Origin: Armatimonadota bacterium
GTDB lineage: Bacteria > Armatimonadota > UBA5829 > DSUL01
DNA: 64,000 nucleotides
Direction: 5' to 3'
Assembly (NCBI GenBank): GCA_052033935.1
Contig: JBPOJE010000011.1
Coordinates: forward strand, 2,909 to 66,908
The translations under genes and the position numbers were made by a program. The notes beneath the pieces are model-generated. The model worked only from the letters and a program-made list of their open reading frames with translations, searched no databases and was not told the DNA's origin. This document shows positions 19,436 through 28,855 of the stretch, piece after piece; position 1 is the first letter of the stretch; the number at the start of each line of letters is the position of its first letter.

Positions 19436-20212
19436 ATGGCAATAGATTTTAGACAGGAGTCAAGCCCGTCTTTTCAGGTAACTCTTCGCGAGTTCGAAGG
19501 GCCCCTCGACGTCCTGTTGCACCTCATCCGCGAGCAGGAGCTCGACATCTACGACATCCCCATTTCCCGGATCACTGCCCAGTATCTGGAATACCTGCGG
19601 ATGATGGAAGCGGTGGATCTAGGAGTGGCGGGCGAGTTCGTGCTGATGGCGGCGACTCTGATGGAGATCAAGTCCAAGTTCCTACTTCCGCGCCCGCCCG
19701 CGGCCGAACCGGACGAAGGCCCGGATCCGCGGGACGAGCTGGTGCGGCGCCTGCTGGAGTACGAGAAGTACCGCGAAGTGGCCGGTCTGCTGAGCGATCA
19801 CGAAGAAGCAAGCAGGCTGCTGTATGCGCGGACGGTGGAGGTGGACGTCTCGGACCTGCCGCCGGTCCCATCCGGCACGGTGAGTTCGGTTGACCTTCTC
19901 ACGGCGCTGAAGCGCCTGCTGGAGGAGGTCGGCGAGGGCAAAGCCCCCATCACAACCATTCCCCGGCAGAGAGTCACGCTCAGGATGAAGATGAGCGAGA
20001 TGTTCCAGCGCGTGCGTGAGTTCGGGAGCGGGATGCCGTTTTCGGCGATGTTCGCGCAGGAGCGCACGCGCACTCATATAGTGATGGCATTTCTTGCACT
20101 TCTGGAGCTCATGCGGCTGGGCAAACTAGCGGCGGAGCAGGACGGGCGCTGCGGAGAAATATACATTTCGGTGTGTCCTGAGCCGGAGCAGGAGCAAGAG
20201 CAGGCGCAGTGA
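19436..20212 (+). CDS. scpA: Segregation/condensation protein A (ATG 19436)
   Basis: FEGPLDVLLHLI...DIYDIPI..IT.QYL, GEFVLMAATLMEIKSK.LLP, FLALLELM. Confidence 0.96.
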   Translation: MAIDFRQESSPSFQVTLREFEGPLDVLLHLIREQELDIYDIPISRITAQYLEYLRMMEAVDLGVAGEFVLMAATLMEIKSKFLLPRPPAAEPDEGPDPRDELVRRLLEYEKYREVAGLLSDHEEASRLLYARTVEVDVSDLPPVPSGTVSSVDLLTALKRLLEEVGEGKAPITTIPRQRVTLRMKMSEMFQRVREFGSGMPFSAMFAQERTRTHIVMAFLALLELMRLGKLAAEQDGRCGEIYISVCPEPEQEQEQAQ

Positions 20213-20826
20213 CCCGCGAGGAGCTGAGACGCGGCATCGAGTGCCTGCTGTTCGTCAGTGACGGGCCGCTGGGGGCTAAAGAGATGTCGCTCGCGCTGGA
20301 TACCCCCGAGGAGCTGGTGGCCGAAGCGGCCGCCGACCTTGCGGCGCGCGATCCTGCCGTTTCGGGCATCGCGGTTCAGGCGGTGGCCGGGGGCTGGCAG
20401 ATGGTGACCAGCCCGGAGTTCGCGGTGGCGGTGGCGCGGTTTGTGGGCAAGAGAGCGCAGAGGCTTTCGAAGGCCGCGCTGGAGACGCTGGCGATTGTCG
20501 TGTACAACCAGCCCTGCACGCAGGCGGAAGTAGAGTTCGTGCGCGGGGTGGACTCGACCGGCGTTCTGAAGGGGCTGATTGATCGCGGGCTGGTTCAGGA
20601 AGCAGGGCGCAAAGAAGGCCCCGGCCGGCCGATTCTGTACCAGACGACTCAGGAGTTTCTGGTATACTTCGGGCTGAACTCGCTGGCCGACCTGCCGGAT
20701 CAGGCGGAACTGGAGGCCAAGCTGGCGGACGCTCCGGAGCGGATTGAGGCGGCAGCCGCGGGCAGCCCTCAGGAGGACGCGCAGCTTCCGCTCATACATG
20801 TGGAACCCGCCGCGTCCGACGCTTAG
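20209..20826 (+). CDS. scpB: Segregation/condensation protein B
   Basis: IECLLFVS, VAGGWQMVT, LSKAALETLAIV.Y.QP.T..EVE.VRGV, GRPILY.TT..FL..FGL. Confidence 0.96.
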   Translation: MTREELRRGIECLLFVSDGPLGAKEMSLALDTPEELVAEAAADLAARDPAVSGIAVQAVAGGWQMVTSPEFAVAVARFVGKRAQRLSKAALETLAIVVYNQPCTQAEVEFVRGVDSTGVLKGLIDRGLVQEAGRKEGPGRPILYQTTQEFLVYFGLNSLADLPDQAELEAKLADAPERIEAAAAGSPQEDAQLPLIHVEPAASDA

Positions 20827-20863
20827 CGCGGCGGGGGGACAGGGAGCGCGGACTTCGCGGGAT

Positions 20864-22126
20864 ATGCTTTTCTTCCTCGAACGGACAAAACTGCGATGCC
20901 GGAGCCTTGCCATTGCGGTCTTTGTTGCCGCGAGCATTGCTTCGGCCGGGTTAAGCGCCAGTGGGGCGGGCAGCGCTGACCGGCCTCCGGCGATCAAGGG
21001 GCAGTCGGCCGTGCTTTTGGACGCGGAGACGGGGCAGACGCTCTGGTCGCTGAACGCGAACGTGCGCCGTCCGATGGCGAGCACGACGAAGGTGATGACT
21101 GTCGTGCTTGCTCTGGAGCGAGGCAATCTGGACGATGTCGTGACCGCCCCCAAGGGCATTGATCAGATTCCTGCGTCTTCGCTCCACATCAAGCCCGGCG
21201 AGAAGCTGACTCTGAGAGAGCTGGTTTACGCCGCGATTATACGGTCGGCGAACGACGCGTCAGCGCTCATCGGCACACACATCGCCGGTTCCACGCCCGA
21301 GTTCGTGAAGATGATGAACGAGCGCGCCGCTGACCTGGGGATGAAGGACACCCAGTTCAAGAACGCCAACGGCCTGAACGCGCAGGGGCACTATTCGACC
21401 GCGCACGACCTCGCCATTCTCACCCGCCACGCGCTCACGGTGCCGCTTTTCAACGAGATCTGCGCGACAAAGGTGATGACGCTGGAGAGCAGAAAGACCG
21501 GTGACAGGCTTCTCAAGAGCCGCGCACGGTTTCTGATGCACTACCCCGGGGCGGACGGCGTGAAATCGGGCTACACGCGGCAAGCGGGGTACTGCTATAT
21601 AGGCTCGGCAACGAGCGGCGGGTGGCGTCTTGTTTCGGTGGTGCTGAAGAGCAGCAATGCCGGGGCCGACACAAAGGCGATGATGGACCACGGATTTGGC
21701 CAGTTCGAGCGCCGCGTGGTGGCGAAAGCCGGGACGAGACAGGCAGAGGTGGAGGTTCCCGGTGGAAGGCCAAGACGGGTGGGCCTAATTCTCAGGGACG
21801 ATCTGCATGTGTGCGTGAAGAAAGGCGCGAAGCCCGAGCCGCCGGAGGTGGCCGCCGGAGAACTGGAGCCGCCCATTGCGAAGGGTGCCGAGGTGGGCAG
21901 GCTGGTCGCGAAGGCTGGCGGCAGGCCGTTCGGGCAGGCTTCTCTCGTCGCGGAGGAGGAGGTCAAGAAGGGAGTGTGCGAGCCGCTCGCGGTGCTGCTG
22001 GTGATTGTTGGCGGACCGCCTGCGTTTCAGGCGTTTCGCGTTCTGACCGGCGGGCCGAGACCCTACGGCGCAAAACGGCACCCGGCAGCCGCCCCGGCGG
22101 CGCATCGCGCGAGTCAGGCGCGCTGA
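20864..22126 (+). CDS. D-alanyl-D-alanine carboxypeptidase (peptidase S11, DacB-like)
   Basis: SxxK (ASTTK), SxN (SAND), KSG; signal peptide and C-terminal PBP5-like beta domain. Confidence 0.9.
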   Translation: MLFFLERTKLRCRSLAIAVFVAASIASAGLSASGAGSADRPPAIKGQSAVLLDAETGQTLWSLNANVRRPMASTTKVMTVVLALERGNLDDVVTAPKGIDQIPASSLHIKPGEKLTLRELVYAAIIRSANDASALIGTHIAGSTPEFVKMMNERAADLGMKDTQFKNANGLNAQGHYSTAHDLAILTRHALTVPLFNEICATKVMTLESRKTGDRLLKSRARFLMHYPGADGVKSGYTRQAGYCYIGSATSGGWRLVSVVLKSSNAGADTKAMMDHGFGQFERRVVAKAGTRQAEVEVPGGRPRRVGLILRDDLHVCVKKGAKPEPPEVAAGELEPPIAKGAEVGRLVAKAGGRPFGQASLVAEEEVKKGVCEPLAVLLVIVGGPPAFQAFRVLTGGPRPYGAKRHPAAAPAAHRASQAR

Positions 22127-22128
22127 CG

Positions 22129-22881
22129 ATGCCCGAGAGGCTTCAGAAGATACTCGCCGCGGCGGGACTGGGCAGCCGCCGCGAGTGCGAAGAGCTGATT
22201 CGCGCGGGACGCGTGAGCGTGAACGGAGTGCGGGCTGAACTGGGCGCGCGGGCGGACCCAGAGAAGGAGCGGATTACTGTGGACGGACGCCCCGTCCGGA
22301 CGCGCGCGCTTTTGTACATTGCCCTCTACAAACCGCGCGGGTGCGCCTCCACCCGCAAAGACCCCCACGCCGCGAAGATCATCCCCGATCTGCTTCCCGC
22401 AAGCCTGTGGCATCTGTTCCCCGTCGGCAGGCTCGACGTGCCGAGCGAAGGGCTGCTTCTGCTCACGAACGACGGCGAGCTTGCGAACCGTCTGATGCAC
22501 CCCCGCTATCAGGTTCGCCGGACCTACCGCGTAACAGTCTCCGGAAACCTGCCGGACACAGCAGTCGAGGTGCTTCGGACAGGAATCCCGCTGGAGGACG
22601 GACTCGCGAAGGCGGAGAGCGCAAGAGTGCTGAAACGCGACCCTGACAGGGGGCGCACGCGGCTGGAGATGGTCCTGACGGAAGGGCGCAACAGGGAGGT
22701 TCGCAGGATGTTCGAGGCGCTGGGGCACGGCGTGCTGCGGCTCGTGCGCGTGCAGATGGGCCCACTGGCGCTGGGGACGCTGAAGCCGGGCGCGTGGCGC
22801 GAACTGACTCAGGAGGAGATCGGAGAACTGATGAAGCTGAAGACCGCCGCGGCGAAGCCGCGAACAGCGAAGGAAGGCTAA
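22129..22881 (+). CDS. rluB: 23S rRNA pseudouridine synthase with S4 domain (RluB family)
   Basis: ERLQKILAAAGLGSRR..EELI..GRVSVNG, PVGRLD..SEGLLLLTNDG, EGRNREVRRM; position after scpAB. Confidence 0.9.
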   Translation: MPERLQKILAAAGLGSRRECEELIRAGRVSVNGVRAELGARADPEKERITVDGRPVRTRALLYIALYKPRGCASTRKDPHAAKIIPDLLPASLWHLFPVGRLDVPSEGLLLLTNDGELANRLMHPRYQVRRTYRVTVSGNLPDTAVEVLRTGIPLEDGLAKAESARVLKRDPDRGRTRLEMVLTEGRNREVRRMFEALGHGVLRLVRVQMGPLALGTLKPGAWRELTQEEIGELMKLKTAAAKPRTAKEG

Positions 22882-22887
22882 GGGAAG

Positions 22888-23778
22888 ATGAGCCTCAGAC
22901 TGACACCGTTGATGCGAAGATGCCGGACGCTGGCGCTGGCGCTCGTCGCCGCGGTGATTTCCGGATGCGGGGACGCGCCGAGGAGCCGCCCTGAAGTCGA
23001 GACGGCCTCCGGGCCTCCAAAACGAATCGTCTCGCTCGCCCCGAACGTCACGGAGATACTGTTCGCACTCGACCTGGGCGACAGGGTCGTGGGGGTGACA
23101 ACTCAGGACAACTACCCGCCCGAAGTCGCCTCGAAGGAGAAGGTCGGCGACGCGTCGTCGAACATCGAGAAGGTTCTGTCGCTGAAGCCGGATCTGGTGA
23201 TCGGGCATGCTTTTCTGAACAGCCGCGCGCTGGACGCACTGAAGACGCTAGGGGTTCCGGTGCTGGGAGTAGAAGCGAAGGACCTTGCGTCCACCAAGGA
23301 ATCCGTGAGAGAAGTGGCGGCCAGATGCGGGGTGAAGGATCGCGGCGACGAGATTGCGGACGGGATGGACAAGTTCTTCGGACAGATTCGGAACGGGTAT
23401 GGCAAAGTGAAGAGCAGGCCGGCGGTGCTCTTTGCCGCGCAGGGGAACCCGCTGTGGGCGGCGGGCAACCGGACGTTCGTTGACGAGATGATCACACTGG
23501 CGGGAGGAACGAACGCGGGAAGCGGCGCGGGCGAGGAGTTCGCGGTGCTGTCGGAGGAGGTGGCGGTATCCCGTGACCCGGAGTTCATTTTTGTGACGGA
23601 TAAGCCCGCACTGCGTTACTTCAAGACGTCGAGGGTATGGGCGGAGGTGCGGGCTGTGAAGAACTCGTGCGTTCTTCTGGTGAATCCGGACCTGTATCTG
23701 CGGCCGGGGCCCCGGCTTGTGGAGGGCCAGAAAGAGCTGTGCCGTCTGCTGCATCCGGAAGTGGAGCTTCCCAGGTGA
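22888..23778 (+). CDS. Cobalamin/iron-chelate ABC transporter substrate-binding lipoprotein (BtuF-like)
   Basis: Lipobox ISGC; RIVSLAPNVTEILFAL, NIEKVLSLKPDLV, RPGPRL. Confidence 0.88.
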   Translation: MSLRLTPLMRRCRTLALALVAAVISGCGDAPRSRPEVETASGPPKRIVSLAPNVTEILFALDLGDRVVGVTTQDNYPPEVASKEKVGDASSNIEKVLSLKPDLVIGHAFLNSRALDALKTLGVPVLGVEAKDLASTKESVREVAARCGVKDRGDEIADGMDKFFGQIRNGYGKVKSRPAVLFAAQGNPLWAAGNRTFVDEMITLAGGTNAGSGAGEEFAVLSEEVAVSRDPEFIFVTDKPALRYFKTSRVWAEVRAVKNSCVLLVNPDLYLRPGPRLVEGQKELCRLLHPEVELPR

Positions 23779-24794
23779 TGGCAGGCCGGAGCGTGGCGCG
23801 CAGGCTGGCGGCAGCGGCCGCCCTGCTGGGAGCGGCGCTGGCGCTCTCGATTGCCGTGGGGCTGGCGACGGGCGCTGTGGGCATGACGCCGCAGGGGATA
23901 CTGGCAGACATTCAGGCACACGTTCCGGGGGATGGGACGGCGGAAGCGAGCGTCATCTGGGACCTCCGGCTGCCGCGCGTTCTTCTGGCGGCGATCATCG
24001 GCGCGATGCTGGCGGCGGGCGGAGCGGCGCTGCAGGGCCTGCTCGGCAATCCGCTGGCCGAGCCGTACACGGTGGGAGTATCGTCGGGCTGCGTGCTGGG
24101 GGCAAGCGTGGCGATATCGAGGGGGCTGGATGCGCTGTATGGAGGCTGGCCGATTCCGCTGGCGGCATTTGTGACGGGAGCGGCGGCGGTGGCGCTCGTG
24201 TTTGTGATGGCACGGCGGGCGGGACGGCTGGATGTCAACACGTTCCTGCTTTCGGGCATCATCGTAGGGTCGCTGTTCTGGGCGATCACGACTTTCATCC
24301 TTTCGGCATCTCACGAGGACATCGCACGCATCTTTCTGTGGCTTGCGGGCAGCCTGACCTCCCCCGACCCATGGATGTATCTGGGCATCTGCTGGAAAGT
24401 GGCCGCCGTCGCGCTCGCCGGGCTGTTCTGGTTCGCGCGCGATCTGAACGCGTTTGCGCTGGGCGAGGAGCAGGCGAGGCAGCTCGGAGTGGAGCCCGAG
24501 AGGCTGAAGGCGTGGGTGATCGGCCTGGTGACGCTCGGGACGGCAGCGTGCGTGGCGGCGGCGGGAGTTATCGGCTTTGTGGGGCTGATCGTCCCGCACG
24601 GCATGCGGAGGCTGTTCGGCGCGGACCAGCGCACGCTGCTGGTGTCGTCGGCGCTTGCGGGCGCGTGTCTTCTGGTGCTCGCCGACGCCCTAGCGCGCGG
24701 GCTGGCGCCCCCGAAGGAGATTCCGATCGGGGTCATCACGGCTGCCGTGGGAGCGCCGATCTTCCTCGCGATTCTGACACGGAAGGGCGCGTGA
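23778..24794 (+). CDS. FecCD/BtuC family ABC permease
   Basis: IWDLRLPRVLLA, LQGLLGNPLAEPY.VGVSSG, EEQARQLGV, IGFVGLIVPH, EIPIGVITA..GAP.F. Confidence 0.92.
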   Translation: MAGRSVARRLAAAAALLGAALALSIAVGLATGAVGMTPQGILADIQAHVPGDGTAEASVIWDLRLPRVLLAAIIGAMLAAGGAALQGLLGNPLAEPYTVGVSSGCVLGASVAISRGLDALYGGWPIPLAAFVTGAAAVALVFVMARRAGRLDVNTFLLSGIIVGSLFWAITTFILSASHEDIARIFLWLAGSLTSPDPWMYLGICWKVAAVALAGLFWFARDLNAFALGEEQARQLGVEPERLKAWVIGLVTLGTAACVAAAGVIGFVGLIVPHGMRRLFGADQRTLLVSSALAGACLLVLADALARGLAPPKEIPIGVITAAVGAPIFLAILTRKGA

Positions 24795-26062
24795 GCGATC
24801 TGCTGACAATCGAGCGGGTGACGGCCGGGTACTCCCCGGGCAGGCCCGTGCTTCGAGAGCTATCGCTGAGCGTGAAGCGAGGCGAATTCGTGGGGGTGGC
24901 CGGCCCGAACGGCAACGGCAAGAGCACGCTTGTGCGCGTCGCATCAAGGTCGCTGCGGCCGTGGCAGGGACGCGCGCTTCTGGACGGGCGGGACATGTGG
25001 TCGCTGGGGGCAAGGGAGTTCGCCCGCCGCACGGCGGTTGTGCCGCAAGAGACGTACGCCCCGTTCGACCTGAGCGTGATCGAGACCGTCCTGCTCGGGC
25101 GCCACCCTCACACCGGCCCGCTGCATCTGGAGAACGCGGCGGACGAGAAAGCCGCCATCGAGGCGCTTGACGCCGTGGGCGCGGCAGGCCTCGCCCGGCG
25201 CTCCATCCGCGGGATTTCAGGCGGCGAGCGCCAGCGTGTCATTATCGCCAAGGCGCTGATGCAGGAACCGTCGCTGCTGCTTCTGGACGAACCGACAGCG
25301 CATCTGGATGTGGCCCACCAGATGGAGGTGCTCTCGCTCGTTTCGCGCCTTGCAAAGGAGCGCGAGTTGACGGTGGTGGCGGTGCTTCACGATCTGAACC
25401 TCGCCGCGGCGTGGTGCCAGCGGATCGTTGTGATGCACGGCGGGCAGATCGCAGCCGACGGGGCTCCCAATGACGTGATTACCGAACCGATGATCGCGCG
25501 TGTGTGGCAGGCCCGCATGTGGGTGAAGCGGCATCCCGCCACGGGGCGGCCGTTTCTGCTTCCCGCGCCGCCGCCGTTCGAGCCGGAGGACCCGCGAAAC
25601 GGTCAGGGGCTACGGGTGCATGTGATCTGCGGCGGGGGCAGCGGCGGACCCGCGCTGTCAGCGCTGATGGACGCGGGATGGTCGGTCACCTGCGGGGTGG
25701 TGAACGTGGGAGATTCGGACGAGGAGATGTGCCGGGCGATGAACATCCCGCACATTGCCGAAGCGCCGTTTTGCGCCGTGTCACCCGAGCGCGCCAGCGC
25801 GAACCTGCGCCTGGCCACCGAAGCCAGCGCCGTCGTGCTGACCGCGTTCTGCGTGGGTTCGGGGAATCTGGACAACCTCCGCACGGCGCTTGCTGCGCTG
25901 GACGCGGGCAGGCCGGTCATCTACCTTCGCGGCACGGACGAACAAACGGCGGATTTCACAGGAGGCGAAGGGGCGGCCCTGCTGGCGGAGATACGAGAGC
26001 GCGCGGTGGAAGCAGCGTCGGTGGACGAGCTCAAGGCGAAGATCGCCGAGCGGGCGGCCTAG
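24791..26062 (+). CDS. ABC transporter ATPase (BtuD-like) with a ~160-aa C-terminal extension
   Basis: Walker A GPNGNGKST, ISGGERQR, LLLDEPT, H-loop LHDLN; extra domain starting VHVICGGGSG. Confidence 0.9.
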   Translation: MSDLLTIERVTAGYSPGRPVLRELSLSVKRGEFVGVAGPNGNGKSTLVRVASRSLRPWQGRALLDGRDMWSLGAREFARRTAVVPQETYAPFDLSVIETVLLGRHPHTGPLHLENAADEKAAIEALDAVGAAGLARRSIRGISGGERQRVIIAKALMQEPSLLLLDEPTAHLDVAHQMEVLSLVSRLAKERELTVVAVLHDLNLAAAWCQRIVVMHGGQIAADGAPNDVITEPMIARVWQARMWVKRHPATGRPFLLPAPPPFEPEDPRNGQGLRVHVICGGGSGGPALSALMDAGWSVTCGVVNVGDSDEEMCRAMNIPHIAEAPFCAVSPERASANLRLATEASAVVLTAFCVGSGNLDNLRTALAALDAGRPVIYLRGTDEQTADFTGGEGAALLAEIRERAVEAASVDELKAKIAERAA

Positions 26063-26153
26063 CACGTCGTGCAACATAAGGCCGCGAGCTCGTTGGGACG
26101 CCCACAAGGGGTTATTCTACGCGTCTCGTGCTGCTGCGAACTTATTACTGCGC

Positions 26154-27392
26154 TTACTTGCCGCCCGGCTGGTCCTTGAGGAACTCCGCGTATTCCGGCT
26201 GGAGCGACATGACCGCGCGCACCAGTCCCATTCGAACTGGAGCAAGCCCCGCATCCTTCCCCAACTTCGCGCCGCCCGGAAGCACGTAGTTCGCGAGCAG
26301 CACAACGAAGCTGCGCGTTCGCTGATCCATCCACAGGTACGTTCCGGTGAAGCCCGTGTGCCCGAGCGTGTAGCTGCCGGGCTCGTCGTTGAGCGGGGTG
26401 GCGAACCGTCCGGCCGAGTAGATGCCCCACCCCAGCGCGCGCCTGCCTTCGAGAGCCACCGGAGAGTGGTCGGCCGTCATCCGGGCGATGGTTCCCGGAG
26501 AAAACACCCGGACGCCGTCGAGAGTCCCCCGCGCCAGGATCATCCGGCAGAGCCGGGCGAGATCGGGGCCGGTGGAGAAGAGTCCGGCATTTCCTGGGCA
26601 ATGCTCTACGGAGCCGTGGTAGTTCGCGAGCGGATCGTGCACGACGCCCTGCATCAGGCTGCCATCCTTGCGTTTGGCGGTCGGGGCGCACTTCGCCTTC
26701 TGGCGCGCGCTCAGCACGTAGCCCGTGCCCGTCATGCCGAGCGGCCTGTACACGCGGCGCTTGAGCAGGTCTTCCATGCGCTCACCGGCGCAGTTTTCCA
26801 CCACGCGCGCCATCGTCTGCATGTTGAGACAACTGTAGCGCTCCTGCTGACGGGGCGGGTAGGCAGGCGGCAGAGCGCAGTAATGGCGGATGAGCGCGTC
26901 GGCGGTGCTTTCGCCCTCTTTGCGGGTCTTCTCAACCGTAGCGGAGTTCTCGTAGGGCTTCAGCCCGGAGACGTGCGTCAGAAGATCGCGAACGGTGACT
27001 TCTTCCTTGCCCGCCCCGAAGCCGGGAATGTGCTTCGAAACCCTGTCGTCGAGACTCAGCTTGCCGTCTTCGATCAGCACCATGGCGGCGATGGTGGTTC
27101 CGGCGACTTTAGAGACGGAGGCAAGATCGAAGATAGTGTCCAGGCCCATGGCAGGAGCCTTCTCGTCCCAGGACATGCGCCCGTACGCCTTCGCCCAGAG
27201 GACTTCGCCCTTTGACCCCGCGACCACGACGGCGCCGGGATAGACCCCTTGCTCGATGCCTTGGCGGACAATGCCTTCCACGGACGAAAGCGCGGGATTC
27301 GTGACGGTACGCAGGAGCTGAGCGTCGGATGAAGAACAGCAGACAAAGAGACAGATGAGCATGGCGCTAAGCGTGGTCTGAAGCAGTTTCAT
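26154..27392 (-). CDS. Secreted serine hydrolase, beta-lactamase class C-like
   Basis: Signal peptide; FDLASVSK (SxxK), LLTHVSGL, VHDP, GNAGLFST, GHTGFTG. Confidence 0.9.
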   Translation of the reverse strand: MKLLQTTLSAMLICLFVCCSSSDAQLLRTVTNPALSSVEGIVRQGIEQGVYPGAVVVAGSKGEVLWAKAYGRMSWDEKAPAMGLDTIFDLASVSKVAGTTIAAMVLIEDGKLSLDDRVSKHIPGFGAGKEEVTVRDLLTHVSGLKPYENSATVEKTRKEGESTADALIRHYCALPPAYPPRQQERYSCLNMQTMARVVENCAGERMEDLLKRRVYRPLGMTGTGYVLSARQKAKCAPTAKRKDGSLMQGVVHDPLANYHGSVEHCPGNAGLFSTGPDLARLCRMILARGTLDGVRVFSPGTIARMTADHSPVALEGRRALGWGIYSAGRFATPLNDEPGSYTLGHTGFTGTYLWMDQRTRSFVVLLANYVLPGGAKLGKDAGLAPVRMGLVRAVMSLQPEYAEFLKDQPGGK

Positions 27393-27500
27393 ATCAGCAA
27401 TCAGTGAGTTCGACAGGGCGCTGGCTCTTCCCTCCGAGGGCCGCCGCCATGCGTTGCCCGCGGCTCAACCCGGCGCAGGCAGGATGGGCGTCCGGAACGG

Positions 27501-28766
27501 TCAGGCACGCTGAGGACGCCATGCCCGGTCGGATTCCTCGCTCTCGGAGAGCGCCAGCTTGGCCAGAGGGAAGGGCTCGAGCGCGCGGTCGAGAATTCCC
27601 TGCACCTTCGCCAGGGCCACCCCGTAGTTCGTCATCGGGATGCCGAGTTCTGCCGCCTGGTGCTGACGCCACACGACTTCGCGGCGGTTCAGCATGCAGC
27701 TCCCGCAGTGGATGATAAGCTCGTAGGACGAGACATCCTTCGGGAAATCGCGGCCGTTTGCGAAGCCGATATCGAGGCCGCCACCCACGTACTTCCTGAG
27801 CCACCTCGGAATCTGGACTGACCCGATATCGTCCGGCTGGGTATGGTGCGTGCAGGCTTCGGTGATGAGCACGCGGCTGCCGGTCTTCAGCCTGTCAATG
27901 GCCTTGCTGCCGCGCACGAATCCTTCCAGGTCGCCCTTGTAGCGGGCCATGAGGATGGAGAAGCTGGTGAAGAGAACCCCCGGCGGGGTATCAGCGGCTG
28001 CTTTCAGGAACGCCTGCGAATCGGTGACAACCAGCTTCGGCGGCCGCGCCAGGCGCTTGATGGCCTGCGCAAGCTCGTGCTCGCGCGCCACAACCGATAT
28101 CGCGCCGCTGTCGAGAACCTCGCGGATGGTCATCACCTGCGGCAATATGAGGCGGCCTTTCGGGGCGGCCTGGTCAATGGGCGTGCAGAGCACCACGATG
28201 TCTCCGGGCGAGATCAGGCCGGAGAGAATCGCCGGATCGGAGAGGCTCGAAGGCGCGTGCGTGACGATCAGGCCCTTCAGGCGCTCGATGTTTTCGCCCG
28301 TGAGCGCGCTCACAGAGGCGAAGGGCAGCTTGCGCTCTGCCGCCCATGCCTCCCACCCCGCCGCCGAAGCGAGGTCGCTCTTGTTCGCGGCGACGATGAG
28401 AGGGATATTGCACGCGGCTATCTGCTGCGCGAGCGTGTCTTCCCACTCCCCCGGCTCCTGAGCCGCGTCGCTGACGACGATGGCGATGTCCGTACGCTCC
28501 AGAACCTTGAGCGACTTCTCAACGCGAAGCTGTCCCAGATCGCCGGTGTCGTCCAGACCCGCTGTGTCCGTGATAACGACCGGGCCGAGCGGCAGGAGCT
28601 CCATCGCCTTGGAGACGGGGTCGGTTGTCGTTCCGGCGACTTCGGAAACGATGGCGAGCTGCTGCTTCGTGAGCGCGTTGATGATGCTCGACTTGCCGCT
28701 GTTTCTGCGGCCGAAGATGCTGATATGAAGGCGTTCGCCAGATGGTGCCTGGTTCAGTGAGGACAT
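27501..28766 (-). CDS. hydF: [FeFe]-hydrogenase H-cluster maturation GTPase
   Basis: FGRRNSGKSS, GTTTDPV, DTAGLDD, NKSD, PKGRLILPQ, ITDSQ/VTDSQ-type motif, EACTHH, IHCGSCMLN. Confidence 0.95.
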   Translation of the reverse strand: MSSLNQAPSGERLHISIFGRRNSGKSSIINALTKQQLAIVSEVAGTTTDPVSKAMELLPLGPVVITDTAGLDDTGDLGQLRVEKSLKVLERTDIAIVVSDAAQEPGEWEDTLAQQIAACNIPLIVAANKSDLASAAGWEAWAAERKLPFASVSALTGENIERLKGLIVTHAPSSLSDPAILSGLISPGDIVVLCTPIDQAAPKGRLILPQVMTIREVLDSGAISVVAREHELAQAIKRLARPPKLVVTDSQAFLKAAADTPPGVLFTSFSILMARYKGDLEGFVRGSKAIDRLKTGSRVLITEACTHHTQPDDIGSVQIPRWLRKYVGGGLDIGFANGRDFPKDVSSYELIIHCGSCMLNRREVVWRQHQAAELGIPMTNYGVALAKVQGILDRALEPFPLAKLALSESEESDRAWRPQRA

Positions 28767-28855
28767 GGCACTTACGATCTTACGTCAAAGCGCGCCCTGC
28801 TGGCTGCGCCGGTGAGATCGAGTTCAGGTTTACGAGGCATCGCGGTAAGGGCCCT

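Noticed and set aside
23717-24790. 781-aa ORF suggesting a giant ABC ATPase
   Set aside because: The first 358 codons are an alternative frame over btuC; the real start is GTG 24791.
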